64,000 nt of DNA, from positions 6,882,001 to 6,946,000 of the forward strand of contig JBHGNT010000017.1 of NCBI GenBank assembly GCA_043228905.1, read 5' to 3'. Shown here in pieces: positions 1 through 13,029 of the stretch. The translations under genes and the position numbers were made by a program. Source of the DNA: Azolla caroliniana. Taxonomy: Eukaryota; Plantae; Polypodiophyta. Positions within the stretch are counted from its first letter, which is position 1. Every line of letters begins with the position of its first letter. The notes beneath the pieces are model-generated. The model was not told where the DNA came from. It saw only the letters and a list, made by a program, of their open reading frames with translations, and searched no databases.

Positions 1-1465
1 GAACTTGTCTGTCAACAAGTAAGTATGTTGTGTTTAACAAAAGATGATGAGGAAGAAAAGAATAATCAGAGAAGATAAGTTCTAGAGTGGTGCTTTAGGG
101 CGAAATCCTCGACTTTCAGTGCAACATCTCAACGATCAATGACCACGTCCCCTCTAGTCGATGATGGTCTTACACGCCCTCTTGATTCGCTACCCTAGCT
201 TGCTTGCTTGTCAATCGGGTAGAGCTTTCGCGTCTTTCACTTTCTCCCCTCCAAGCAATGAGTTCTCATCCCCGTTTTATATGTTTCAAGAGGCTTTTCC
301 CCAATAGAATTAGTGGGTGCTTTTTTATTTTACCACATATCATGCTTTTTCTTTCCAAATTATGTGCTCTATTTTTTCCCTCTCACTCATATTACAAGCT
401 CTTATCAATTGTTTCCGTATAGTAAAGGACCAGAGATGGGTTTTGAACTAAGAATTTTTTATTGTTTTTAATGCAACACATTACTTGTCTTTCATATCAC
501 ACTCTAGCTTTATCATTTAACCTAATTAATATTTGTGGTTTTAACTTGTTTCCTCCAATGTTATCATTTTGGCGAGGCGGATCAATGTTTTGTCTTTCGC
601 CGGTTTCCCAAAAAGTCATGTAACTTTGTCTCTCGAGGTTGGAATTTTGAGTCGACTTCAAGATGTGCATCTTGGGAGCCAGAACTCAACCACCTCAAGG
701 AAGATGAAGACAAAGGAGAAAGGCTTGGTAAGAGTGTGACAACCCTACCATTTTTGGCACATAACGAAGGATGTGCAGTTTGGTGGTGGTGGATGTCGTG
801 ATGCAGAGAGTCAAAAGTAGAAATAGTGATAAAGGGGTATTTGTTTTATATATATAAAAGAAAAACAAATATCCAAGTGGAGAGGTTATTCATAATGTAA
901 AAATTGGTGCATGGTTCAAGTCCCAACTAGTGCATAAGCAAAAGACCCATTATTAAATTTTGTTGTTGATGCCTCCCATATATAAAAAAAGGAGACGAGT
1001 TTAGTATCATCATTTGTATGTATCTAATAAGCATGATCCGTATTGACTCCAATTTAAAAATTCCCAGTAGACAAGGGGGTTGAGTCGGTGTTCCATCTCG
1101 AACAAGAAGCCTTTTACGGATTGTCTTCATTCTCATTTTGTATAAATAAAACAATTTCTCATTATGGTACATCTAGGCATTGAAACTGACTTGCGTGTCA
1201 ACTATTCCACAACTACACCAAAAAATCTAACTTGGCCTTGCATAAAGTTGCTAGAGTTCAATTAACATCCAAGTTTAAGGTAATGACACATATACCAAGT
1301 ATTGGCCATAATTTGCAAGAATATTCAGTGGTCCTCGTGAGAGGCAAAAGAGTCAAAGAAATAAAAAGGAATTTTCTTGTTAAAAACTTGTGTTTTTGGT
1401 CTTAATGGTTTTATGGTGTTAATGTAGTGCGATTAGTCCTCACCCTGTTTGGGTGCCATCGTGTT

Positions 1466-1483
1466 GAGAGAGAGAGAGAGAGA
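1466..1483. repeat. (GA)n microsatellite directly at the 5' truncation point of LINE copy 1
   Basis: gagagagagagagagaga followed immediately by catgtattgttcaagct, which matches LINE copy 2 from 22429. Confidence 0.9.
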
Positions 1484-2574
1484 CATGTATTGTTCAAGCT
1501 CTCGTAGGTGACCATATTATGTTTTTGGCACCTAATCGGGAAAATATTAGTAAGACAAGAGATGTGTGGGAATTGTTTTCAAATGCTTCAGGGTTGAGAA
1601 TTAATATACATAAATCTGTCCTCATTTCATGTACGGAACAAGATGTGTTAGGGTTGGGGTGGTCAAGAAGGATAGTACATTGTGGTATGATTTGTTATCA
1701 CCTTGGATATCCAATTGGGGTGGAAGTTTCTCATGTGAAACTTATTGAGTGGGTATCCAAAAGTTTGGAGGATAAGTTTATGTATTGGAGGTCTCAATTT
1801 TGGCCTTTTCATGTACGACTTAAGGTGGTCCAATCAATTATGGTCACTATGGTATCTTATTATCTTCCTTTGATGCCATGGTCAAAGAAAGCTCTTGAAA
1901 TGTTGTCACGCTCAATGTGAATGTTGTTATGGAAAAGAAAAGGGAAAAGTGCCTTGTCATGGTTGGCATGGGATCATGTTTGTACTCTGAAGCGTCTTGG
2001 TGGGGCATCAATATTGAATCTATATGAGCATATCGTGGCTCATCGATTTACTTTCATTCGATTCATGTTTGAAGGTGTACAACCTTGGACAGAAATGGTG
2101 GCATACTTTATAGAGAAGAACGAAATAAAGCTTGGAAACATGAAGGTTGAAGCGAATTGGTGGAATGTAATTAATTCTGACAGGGATGTCAAATGTACAG
2201 GGCCTGTGATAGTTAATCATTTGTTGACATCTTGGCAAAGTATGTTGGATTTTGTAGAATGGCATCCCCCACAAGACAGTGGATGTGCCAATTCATTACA
2301 AATGGAGGTTTTGGCAACATCAAGGTTGTTAAGGTGGGAAGGTAAACAAATTCTTAACCTTCAATTTAATCGGATGGCTAGATTGGGTTTGGTAATAGTT
2401 AAGGATGCTATGTTGGTTTCACAAAGAACATTCATGGCTTTTCGAACAATAAGATCAACGTTTCGTATTCCAAAAGGTTATAACTTTATTTGGGATAAGT
2501 TGCAACAAATACTATCTTCACATGAACCAATTCCTGATTTAGATGGGCGATCTCAAGAGCTTGATTGGAGGTTT

Positions 2575-3239
2575 TGTTAGGATTTCGGTCCCTCCAGATG
2601 GGATGATGAAGGCCCGGTGAGAACCGGATGATGAAGGCTCGGTGAGAACCGGATGATGAAGGCCTGGTGAGAACCGGATGATGAAGGCCCGGTAAGAACC
2701 GGATGATGAGTACCCGGCAAGGAAGACCCGGTAAGAACCGGATGTTGCAGGCCCGGTGAGAATCTCTCACCGGATGAAGGGACATGTATGTAAATATGTT
2801 CCAGAGAGCCCACTGGGGCTATATTTGTAAATAGCCCGAAAGTCATATTAGTATAAATATGACCTAGGGCAAACAGTATTGGGTTGGTTCTCATTATTTT
2901 GTATAGAGTTATTGGTGTAACTACTGTACAGAGCGTAGCAGAGGAAAGAGAGAGAGAGAGATAGAGTGAGTCTCTGTTGTAACCACCGCCAGGCGAAGAT
3001 TGTGAGCATGAGGTCATTGCCTCTGTGTTCCCCTATTGTATTCTCCTTGCATAGTGAGAGTTGGAGTTTGTGGACTCCCATGGTTTTTTTCCCGTTTAGG
3101 GTTTAAAACCATGTTAACATCCTACGCATTCTCTTCTGTTTGTGTACTTACTTCCATTTCTCATCTTTCTGTGTTTGATTATCATTTAAGTGATCTAAGT
3201 CTCGGTTGTGGCCAAAGATTATTCCGCATATTCCTGTCA
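2575..3239 (+). mobile_element. Solo LTR (copia-type), 665 bp, TSD GGTTT
   Basis: TG...CA termini; GGTTT at 2570-2574 and 3240-3244; removing it restores the LINE text seen at 23511-23540; same family as LTRs at 24044, 43482 and 44790/54462. Confidence 0.92.
2601..2765 (+). repeat. 25-bp tandem repeat (ggatgatgaaggcccggtgagaacc), about 6 units, in the LTR U3 region
   Basis: Contiguous units at 2601, 2626, 2651 and 2676, then degenerate units. Confidence 0.9.
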
Positions 3240-3591
3240 GGTTTGTTGGAAATAAGAGATTGACTATGATCTCAACGAATGTTGCTTATCACAAGTTGAT
3301 TGACAAACATAAGTGGTTGGAAGAAAGGGTTATAAAGATATGGGGTTTTCATAAGCCCATTTACTTGGTGGTTTCATGTGATCAAGGCAGGTTGGTGTTC
3401 TCGATTGATGCTACGAGCCAAGGTATTTATTTGGAGAGTTATGGTTGGAGTTTTACCATTAGGGGATGCATTAAAAAAAAAACATTACTAAAGGATTCTG
3501 TTTCTTTTGTTTGGTGGAATTGGAACATAGTAGGCATCGATTTATTTCATGCCCGATGGCAAGGATGGTTTGGAGATGAATCAGTTTAGTA

Positions 3592-3691
3592 NNNNNNNNN
3601 NNNNNNNNNNNNNNNNNNNNNNNNNNNNNNNNNNNNNNNNNNNNNNNNNNNNNNNNNNNNNNNNNNNNNNNNNNNNNNNNNNNNNNNNNNN
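3592..3691. other. Assembly gap (100 N)
   Basis: Run of n characters. Confidence 1.
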
Positions 3692-3869
3692 AAAAACAAA
3701 TAATAAATAAGAATAAGAATAAGAAAAGCAATAATAATAATCGTAATAAAAAAAAATACAAATAAAAAATCATAATGAACATATAATAGATATATTAGAT
3801 AGCGAAAGAAACCTCGGGCAATCGAACGGATGGATGAGACTAGGCGTTCATCGGTTCGTCCGTACAGCC

Positions 3870-4115
3870 GTGCACACGTGTGGAAGGAAGAAGAGGCCTG
3901 CCGGTCACGTGCTACCAAGGGGCTCCAAAAAGTCAAAAAGGAGGAGAGAGTAGGAACAGAATCCCGGGGGGCGGGACGGTGGACTGACGGGGGGGGGGGA
4001 GAATGAGCGCACGTGCGAGATTGATGAGGCTGACTGACGGCAGCTCCCCTCGTCAGTTTTCCCGTCGCAGGATGCTATTTTTAGACGTCGATTCAATGGA
4101 AAACGACACGTGAAA
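3870..4115 (+). promoter_or_regulatory. Putative upstream cis-regulatory module of the MADS gene: four G-boxes plus TGACTGACGG and inverted TGACG motifs
   Basis: CACGTG at 3875, 3906, 4010 and 4107; GGCTGACTGACGG at 4028-4040; two G-boxes and the TGAC motif recur in the same order in the decayed paralogue at 15205-15318. Confidence 0.55.
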
Positions 4116-4266
4116 AACGTAGCAGGGGTGGTACGCTAGCACATAAGAATATATATATATATATATATATAATATAATTAATTAATTAATTAATTAATAA
4201 TCATCATAGTAGTGTTGAGATTGATTGAATAATGAAAATGAATGAAAAAGAGCTCGGGCAAACTGC

Positions 4267-4302
<36 letters not shown>

Positions 4303-4925
4303 CTACTCAAATCACTCTTGCGAAATTGGTTTAAGTGGCCTGCCTGCCAAAAGAAGCAAAAGCATTGCTATCTTTAGTAAGGCAAGTAAAGAAAAAACAA
4401 AGTGCATATTCCCAAGCTGTCATTTATCACACATACATACATATATTCTATACACATATATATATTTATAGAAATGTGACTGTGTTTCTTTTTCTTGTTC
4501 AATGTTTTTTCCACATCTATTTTTGGCTTTTGATTTGATTTCAGCTTTTGTGTCGCGTCCATAAATTGAATACACAGATTGGCCAGTGTCTGGATAAGAT
4601 TATATATACATATATATACTTATATATAAATTATAATTATGAAGGAAGGGGGAGGGGTAAACAAATGATGGTGCGGCGCGTCTATGAATTGATTATAATT
4701 TATAACTATATATATATATATAATTCCATGCTTTGATTGGATCAATATATTACATACTTACTACCTGCCTATATATTTTCTGAGAGGATTTAGAGGGGAA
4801 GGGGATCATAGAGACTTGCTTGGGATTGAACCCTCCACCTCCAATCTCCAATCTCCAATCTCCATCCTCTTTTCTTCTAGAACCTCTTCTTCCTCTGTGA
4901 TTCTCCTCCTTGAGCACTGACAGAC

Positions 4926-5113
4926 ATGTCATCCCCTGCTCTCCACCAAACCCAGCAGCGGGCCTGCATGCCAGCCCCTCCTAATTCGTGTGCCATAGCC
5001 ATGTCGGAGGAAGAGGAAGAGGAAGAAGAAGAAGAAGAACAAGGGGAGCAGAAAGAGCAAGAAGAAGAAGAAGAACAGGAAGAAGAAGAAGAAGAAGACA
5101 TAATTCATCCTAT

Positions 5114-5146
<33 letters not shown>

Positions 5147-5494
5147 CAATTCTAGTATCAATTCTGATGTGGACATGGCCACGAGCGTTGGTGATGACAA
5201 TGGCATGGCCACAACTGGTGGCGAGAAATCATCGGAGACGAGACCCCCCGAGAATCACGAGCACCACCATCCTCATCCTCATCATCATCTGAATATTAAT
5301 CGTAACCATCCGGTGAGCCGCGGGAGCATCCCCATCCGTCGGATCGAGAACCCCACGAGCCGGCAGGTGACGTTCTCCAAGCGCCGCAACGGCTTGCTCA
5401 AGAAGGCCTACGAGATCTCTGTGCTCTGCGACGCAGACGTTGGTGTCATCATCTTCTCCGCTACAGGCAAATTGTCGGAGTTCTCCAGCTCTAG
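4926..5494 (+). CDS. MADS gene exon 1 (N-terminal extension plus MADS domain)
   Basis: Open frame from ATG 4926; MADS domain from ~5313; donor AG|GTACAT in phase 2. The start codon could be a downstream ATG (4968, 5001, 5175, 5205). Confidence 0.88.
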
Positions 5495-8334
5495 GTACAT
5501 ATCTAATCAAAAACAGCAACAACAAAAAAAATGTGACATTTCCATTCCCTAAACAAAGCAATTTTCGGTTAGGGCATGAGAGAAATCCTGTGGTGTTAAG
5601 GGTTAGTATCCCACTAATTTGGGGGTGCTTATATTAAATGTGCAACCAAATTGCATTACTATATAAAGCAGTAATTTACTTTCTAATTAAGCTCTTAATG
5701 TGCAAACACAGACATAGTAGTATTTATTGAATTGGGTTTCTTTAATGTGACATTTTACTCATCCCAAAAGGACACCAATTGGAAGCCACATGAGCTTAGT
5801 ACTCAAATCTATGTAACTTTAGAAGTAGATCAATGTACTAGGAATTTTGGGTATAATTAATTCTGTACACTTTATCATAAGTCATGTTCTAATAATTCAT
5901 TCATGAAGCAGATCATTTACTAATGTGCTTCTCACTACTTGACTTAAAAAACCGCTCAGTATTGAATGATCATGTAGTCATTCATCTATGCCTAACAACA
6001 TTATTATTTCCGGCTGTGTTGTCTCGTTTACTCGTCTAAAATAACAATTATTGTGTAGTGGCTACCATTATATTCTTCTCCTCTTCAGTTTTCTCTTTTG
6101 CCTCTCTGAACATGCTACCAACACAATGCATTAAAACTCGTTGCATTACCTCTGATTGAGTAATTATGATACCATTAATATCCTCTGCAATACCACATAA
6201 TCCAATATCGTAGCATCATCCATGATTGATATGGATGTCGTATTGTCATAATTATGTTAATTGAACCATGCTTTTGTTATGTTAGCATGTCCCATATAAT
6301 CGAGAGATATCAGGAGTATGCGATGGGAATACCTTCGAAACGATTCCTCCTACAAGATGTCGAGGTAACATATATCTATGTATCGCAATCTCAGAATTAA
6401 TGCTAAGATACATTAATTTAGATTTCAATATGCAAGTTGCTGTTTATCTCTAAATCTATGCAAGCAAGAATCTTAGCATTGATCGTGCATACATTTATCT
6501 GTGCTACAAGTGTGCACGCTAATGAGTCATTGTCATTACTGCTACTAGTATTGGAGGCATGAAGTTCTTCTCCTAACCGAGCAGATACGATATCTAAAGA
6601 ATCTACAAAGGTATGCTAATTGATTAGTTGCCCCGCCCACCTTAATGAATTTATTTTCTTGTAGTATATGAATCCAAAGAAATTAGAACATGATGAAAAA
6701 TATGAGTGGACATATTTTGATTCTGGATTGTCCCTTATAATCACACCGTTTTTGTATTGTAGCCATATATTAGGGGAGAATTTGATGTCATTGAGTTTAA
6801 GTGAGATTCAAAAGATCGAAACTAAGCTTGACGCGGGGTTGACAAAGATCCGAAATAAAAAGGTGAGAGCATCGTTAATTCAGGCAATGTATGATTTCAT
6901 ATTCTTAATTCCAGCTATGATGACATTAATTTCATCCAATTAAAGATAACCAAGATTCAGCTACCGTGAAATGAACACACACACATTATATATATATATA
7001 TATATACATATACAGTTATCATAACTACTGCATGTCATGATGGAAGTTATACACTATTTCTGTGTAGATGCATTTACTATGTCAAGAAGCTCGAGAAATG
7101 CGTGATAAGGTAAGTATTCTTGATCTTGGTCGCAGTTAATGACCCGTTTTCCGTTGTACAGTGATTAACAATAACTCTGACTTCTATATATTCATATAAT
7201 CATCAGTTCAATACATGTATATATAATCATCCAGAACCATCCACAATATTATTTGCAACGCATATCTATAGATATAGATGCATATAGTCTATATATTTGT
7301 GTCTATATGTATGCATGTATGTATGTATGTTACAATGTTTATGTATATATTCATACTCTGATTTAATTAGTTTCATTGTTGAGGATTGAGGATCAAAACC
7401 CTAACGTTAATTTATGTGCGCATCGTTGGGCCGGTATATTATTATTAGGCATTCGTGCTCAAACATGTTGTATTATGTCACATGATCTCATTATCGATCT
7501 AATTAGATAGCCTTTAAATATGACTAACATTGACAATTATAATGGCTTTCAATATATTTGAACATGTTGTGTCATATTTATCAGTTAAATGAGTGAGAAT
7601 TTGGATACTTGGAGCATTTTGATCCATCATTTATTTTGTGTGTGTGTGTGTGTGTGCAATTTCAATACAGGAGACAATGTTGAGGGAGGAAAACCATTTA
7701 TTGAAACTGAAGGTATATATGGATATTCTCTCTCACCTCTAATTTTGTTTTTTCCTTGAAAGATTTTCTTCAATAGTATTAAAAGCGTCTAAAGACTACG
7801 TTATCTCACCTCTAATTTATAAGCATTAATGGCCAATACATATTATATACTACATTACAGGATGAATGATATTAAAAATGTAATCCGAACTGATATACAA
7901 GCCAATAATTACTTGGAGAATGATAGATCTGTTGGCTGGAATGATAATACATATATACATACATACATTCACACATACATACATATGTGCATAAATAATG
8001 AACATTAGGGTATGTGTTTACAATGGTCGAGGCAGAAGATAGACATATTAATGTGGTTCGTTCGTTGATCAGCTAGAAGAAGTTATCACAAGCTCTGAAC
8101 TTCAACACGATCCAATACATTTATCGCCTCAATCTGCTTCTTATAACAGTCGCAACGTTAATACTGGGTATGTTTACTTCATAGTTCAAATGTCTTAAAT
8201 CCATTTTTATATAATGCATTCATTAACAAATTTTGGATTTCTCTAATGGATCCTGCAGTTGCCTTGATCTCTTTCCTCCTTCCACCACAACCCTGGACAA
8301 TGAAATAGACATGACTCGAATTAAGGGGCGTTGA
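4926..8334 (+). CDS. MIKCc-type MADS-box transcription factor, 8 exons, 354 aa, long N-terminal extension
   Basis: Exons 4926-5494, 6286-6364 (79), 6549-6610 (62), 6763-6862 (100), 7068-7109 (42), 7671-7712 (42), 8073-8167, 8259-8334; all GT-AG and frame-consistent (1065 nt); the 79/62/100/42/42 sizes are the canonical MIKCc I/K exon sizes; MADS domain [57 protein letters not shown]; K-box [33 protein letters not shown]. Confidence 0.93.
6286..6364 (+). CDS. MADS gene exon 2 (I domain, [12 protein letters not shown]...QDVE)
   Basis: ttag|C acceptor, GAG|gtaaca donor, 79 bp. Confidence 0.92.
6549..6610 (+). CDS. MADS gene exon 3 (K1, [20 protein letters not shown])
   Basis: ctag|TAT acceptor, AAG|gtatgc donor, 62 bp. 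Confidence 0.92.
6763..6862 (+). CDS. MADS gene exon 4 (K2)
   Basis: tgtag|C acceptor, AAG|gtgaga donor, 100 bp, LGENL..L...E...IE..L..GL..IR.KK. Confidence 0.94.
7068..7109 (+). CDS. MADS gene exon 5 ([14 protein letters not shown])
   Basis: gtag|ATG acceptor, AAG|gtaagt donor, 42 bp. Confidence 0.9.
7671..7712 (+). CDS. MADS gene exon 6 ([14 protein letters not shown])
   Basis: acag|GAG acceptor, AAG|gtatat donor, 42 bp, L.EEN..L motif. Confidence 0.92.
8073..8167 (+). CDS. MADS gene exon 7 (C domain)
   Basis: tcag|CTA acceptor, open frame [33 protein letters not shown]|gtatgt donor. Confidence 0.75.
8259..8334 (+). CDS. MADS gene exon 8 (terminal, [24 protein letters not shown])
   Basis: ctgcag|T acceptor in the matching phase; TGA at 8332-8334. 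Confidence 0.65.
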
Positions 8335-8526
8335 TTAAAGCCATTCGTAATGAATCCTGGTCATCTGCAACTAATCAATCCTTTTTTTGTATATAATTAT
8401 TCGCACTAATTCCATTAACTTCTACTCACCTAAGCACTAATCACTTAATGATCACCATCATCATTGATAACCTTTGCTTCTTCTTTTTTTCTTGTTGATT
8501 CCTAATATTTTTGTGGGTTGCATATT

Positions 8527-8708
8527 CATTGTCCAAATGTGTCTTGAATGTGCATAATTAATGGATGTTAGTAAAGACAATAACATTTACAGTCTCTCTT
8601 TCAGGGTGATGAGTAGCAAAACCCATTGTCCAAATGTGGCTTGAATGTGCATAATTAATGGATGTTGTTAATAAAATCAATAACATTTGTCTCTCTTTAG
8701 GTGATGAT
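8527..8708 (+). repeat. ~97-bp direct tandem duplication downstream of the MADS stop codon
   Basis: cattgtccaaatgtg.cttgaatgtgcataattaatggatgtt...tctctcttt.ag.gtgatga occurs twice. Confidence 0.85.
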
Positions 8709-9149
8709 TGTTCTTTGCTACTAAACTTAGGTTATAGTTGTTTTGTATTGCAAACAAACTAGTCAAGAGCTATCTTAAGATGTTAACTTCCCATATTAGG
8801 ATGTGGTTTAATAGGGATTGCCATAATAATCAATGTGCTACACAACAAGGAAATTTCTACAATTGGTTTGATCAACACTACTTTTGGTGGTCATATATGG
8901 ATAAGGATCTGCTAGCTTATTGTGTCTTGATGCATTCATTACCAGATCTTTGACCATGAGATAGGTTGTGGGTTTTCGCCTGATGTATTCAACAACACAT
9001 CAACATAACACGGTGGTGTAAGTCGTCATTTACCTGTTCGACTAAAATTGGCACATTTTATTCCTACGACAACGAAAGGAATCACTATGCAAGCTGCCAA
9101 TATAATGTTTAAAATGTATTCCGAGTAGAGTGGTACTTCAAAGTGGCAT

Positions 9150-9400
9150 GATCCTTGTATTTGTCTCCACAGAGGCATTGAAGTATCCATTTCTTAATTA
9201 ATGCACAAATGATTGCACACACCTATAGCTCATGTATGGGTCACTTCTTTCTTGGTGTGGAGAGCTTCTTGTTCTCATAAGATAATACAAATGCGATGAC
9301 TTTCTTGAATTGATCAAAAGATTTGTTGCCAAGCAAAACTCCAAACAAGTACCACATCAAAATTATGTTGAGGGAAACAAAGTCATACATATTGATATTC
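9150..9400 (-). mobile_element. Ancient Ty3/gypsy RNase H relic
   Basis: Minus strand reads SYENKKLS...PIHE...AII.AL.KW across frameshifts; boundaries undefined. Confidence 0.45.
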
Positions 9401-11969
9401 TTTGGTTTTAACAATTCTATTATTGCCTTAATATTTCCAATCTAGAATATTGGTCATAGGCCAAACAAACGTATACCATAATATAATTTTGGAGAACTAC
9501 CCTTCATAAGATACCAATAGTTAATGCCCAATTTGTTATTCAACAATGATCTATTTAATGTAGAGACCTTGTATGTTTCTTATTTAGCAATTATCAATTT
9601 AATTAAGAAAAGTATTATTTCAATTAATTGGTTAAGTCAATATATTTGTGTTAATTTTACTTTAAATTTAGAAACCGTCAAGGATTCCACAATTGCATAT
9701 AGGAGATGTTACTGCTATTTATGAGTTGAAGTATTGTGTGGTCTTTGTTATGGGGAGTGACATACCCAATCTCTTGATTTAGGCAAATAGTGAGGAAGTC
9801 AACCTTTGATTGATGCTCAACAATGATTATTAGAAGTGCAACAATCCAAGGTATGAATCATGTTGGCCCCTTCAGGGGAATTGAAATCAGGCAAAGGCAC
9901 ACCTATGGAACCCTAAAATTATATCTAAACTTCTACACATTTTATTATTGTCTACCAACTCGGATTTACGAATACCTTTGAAGGGTCCAAACTCCATCCT
10001 CGATCACTTAATGGGTAGATATTATGTGGCCTATGTATTCAATAACCTCTTCATATTCAATAAGGTTTTGTTGTCATTGATGTACAATGCTTGGTCCTCT
10101 AAATTTTGAAACATAGTGCACAAATGAATTACATGTGCATATGATTGCATATGCAAAGGTATGTAACAATGTAAGGGGATTTACAACAATCAGCTTAGTA
10201 AATGAGTTATGTATGCACTCTTCTGTGTACGTGTATGTTTTTGCATTCAGTGAATTACATGTGTCGGTACATATATCTATATAGATAGACAAGCATAAAC
10301 ATGTTATTTATTGGAGACTTGTAATGCTTCCTCAATCTAGAAAATAGGTAGCCCTTGACAACATCCGAAACAAATAATTCTCATATCCCAAAGCAAAAGA
10401 TTTATATTTCTTTTGAGAGCTTAGAAAGTACACCCACAAGGAAAAGTGATATAGAATTGAATGTAGTGCATTATATGTGTATGAAAGCAAAGTGGTCATT
10501 CATTGCTACCATGCTCTTACTTGTAATATATTCCATGTTTTTAATTGAAAGGTCTCAAAATTTCCTTGAGTTTTCTCCTTAAAGCATGAAGAATAAAGTT
10601 AAGGACCATCATTCTGATAGAAAATGACCTAGTTCTAACTTCCAACCCATAGTGCATGCTTTGGAATCTGGTTGCACATTACACACAATGTATAAGCAAG
10701 CTATAAAAAACTAGACTTCCAAAAGAAAAGAGATTCTCATTTCTGAAGTTGAGTACAAAGTAGCATGGGATTAATTATGCATAACTATAAGTTTGCTTGG
10801 CTTAGATATGTCTACACACCCGTTAAATAATTGTGTGTGATTCAAACAAAATAGAAATTAGTAATTTGTATATTTTGGTTGATGTCATCTTTTCCTGAAG
10901 CAATGTGTTAATGTGTTGACCAATTCCTTATAATATAGGGTGTGCGTTGGTAGAATTTTTTGAACTCGAAATGGCAACAATCATGAAAATATGAGAAATG
11001 TAGATAGATATATCCCATAAACAAAAACATGTTACACATGTAGGGAGAAGCAAATCATGATTAACGATCACATGTTGTATCTCTAATGGATTCTACCAAT
11101 AAAACACATGGGATGGGTCATTTATTGTGGACAAGGATTGAGCAAGGCAAATTTGATGAAATCTATAGCCTTTGGACTTACTTTTTTAGGTGCCTAGTAC
11201 CTACACATGTGTAATCTAAATATTTGTGTTCACTTCTAAAGTGTGTAAAGTATAGAGAAGGAAATGTTCATGTGGGTAGAATATCTTTTCAAAGGTATAT
11301 ATTTATAAAATAGATATGAGGATTTTATTGTGAAGTAAGAAAGTAATATCCTACATAGTTCAAATCTACAATATGAATCCTGATTTCAGAATAAAGGTTT
11401 CCATAGGAATGACAAAACTTTTGACAAGGATATTAGCATAACAAAATGCAAAATCTGATAAAGAACATGGTAGATTACGTGTAACAAAGAACTAATGGCA
11501 TGTGTCGTTGTGAAGTAAAACCCAAGTGAAGGTGACAAAGCTCTATTAATAATAAAGTTCGTTAACATTCTCACTACTTATTCCTTTAGAAAACTAACTA
11601 AAATTTAAGTATGTTAATCCTACACATTAAATAGTGGACAGATCCTAGTGCAAGCTAAGCATAACCTATATATGATTGCACATGATTACACAAACATGTG
11701 GTTGTTCTTGCCAAGAGGTGCAATCCTAGTAGGAAAATGGGCCAATGTTTGGACAAGGGAATCCATCCCCCTATTGTGAAGTATACATGAGGAAGAACAC
11801 ATTTAATTAACTACACTTACAAAATTTAGGCTAATTGGGACCATGTTTTATTGGCTATGCATACATACATACATACATATAGGTCCAATTATAGGAGCCA
11901 AGAATATTAGTCTTGCGTGAATAGGGATATCATTCTAATTACAATAAGCATGTGCATTATGAATATGTT

Positions 11970-12003
<34 letters not shown>

Positions 12004-13029
12004 AGACAAAATGAGCTTCTTGAGGGATAGTAATATTAACCATACTTTTCTGTGTGTGAGAGTCGAGACCCAACTATTTAACCCCATAACATATGTCTAA
12101 AAGTTTTGAGCATGATAGATTTGGGGTCTAGAAAAGAATATGGACACAAGAAGGGGGTATCATTTTGATGGTTAAATGCATACATATACATAGAAAACCG
12201 CCAGAAATGGAGATTGTACCACATTCATAAATGTGTAACAAGATTATTGGATTGGAGAAGAGTACGAGAAAAGGACATCATCATATGACTCTTCATCTTT
12301 CAATATGCATTCACTACAACTATTACTTCTACTACCACCACCACCACTACTATCACTAGTAGTACTAGGACTACTATTACTTAATGTAAGGATTTCTTAT
12401 AAAACAAAACAATAAAAATGCGTTTGAATTGATTGATTGGTCTCCAACATGCGGCACGCTTTTGATTGGTAGTTGTGATGATGTAGTGGGTACCATCCCA
12501 ATCATGTCTTTATAATTGCTAGTTTATTATGGCACAACTCGTTAAATAGTTTGTTGTTATTAGATATGTATAGATTTGTTGCACAATCAAGTGGTCATTA
12601 ATAGACCACAAACTCCATATGCATTCATTACATCGTGATTATAATTATACATTACAAATATCACATATCTAGGTAAATGGTTTAAAAGCAATATTCCCAT
12701 TTAATCTTAATTAGAGTGTTAATTTGGTTTTGGTTAGTAACTTTTTTGAATGTGACAAGGGTATTCTACTATTTTAAGAAAAGGACATTGTGTGGTTATG
12801 ATTTGATGTTAACAATGTTGGGGGTATGTTTGGAGATTATATTATTATTTTATTCTGAACATGTACATAGTACCTAGCAGGATTGAAGTTATCATGCCAT
12901 GGTTCACATTGACCACCAATAAAGTTTTCATTATCATTGGGTCCTTGGGGAATGTAATATAGTCATAATCAAATCCTTGAGCGATCAAAGGGTTAAACTT
13001 CATCATGTTCGAATAACTTAGGTATTTAC

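Larger units (their letters stand above)
1484..3591 (+). mobile_element. 5'-truncated LINE (L1/Tx1-like) ORF2 3' part, degenerate; interrupted by a solo LTR and ending at an assembly gap
   Basis: Near-identical to 22429-23900; ORFs 1519-1920 and 1921-2580 give RT C-terminal motifs (HLGYPIG, LSWLAWDHVC..K..GG..I.NL); contains stops and frameshifts. Confidence 0.9.

Noticed and set aside
2601-2765. 25-bp direct repeats resembling a CRISPR array
   Set aside because: Units are contiguous with no unique spacers, lie in the U3 region of a TSD-bounded LTR, and there are no cas genes in this eukaryotic context
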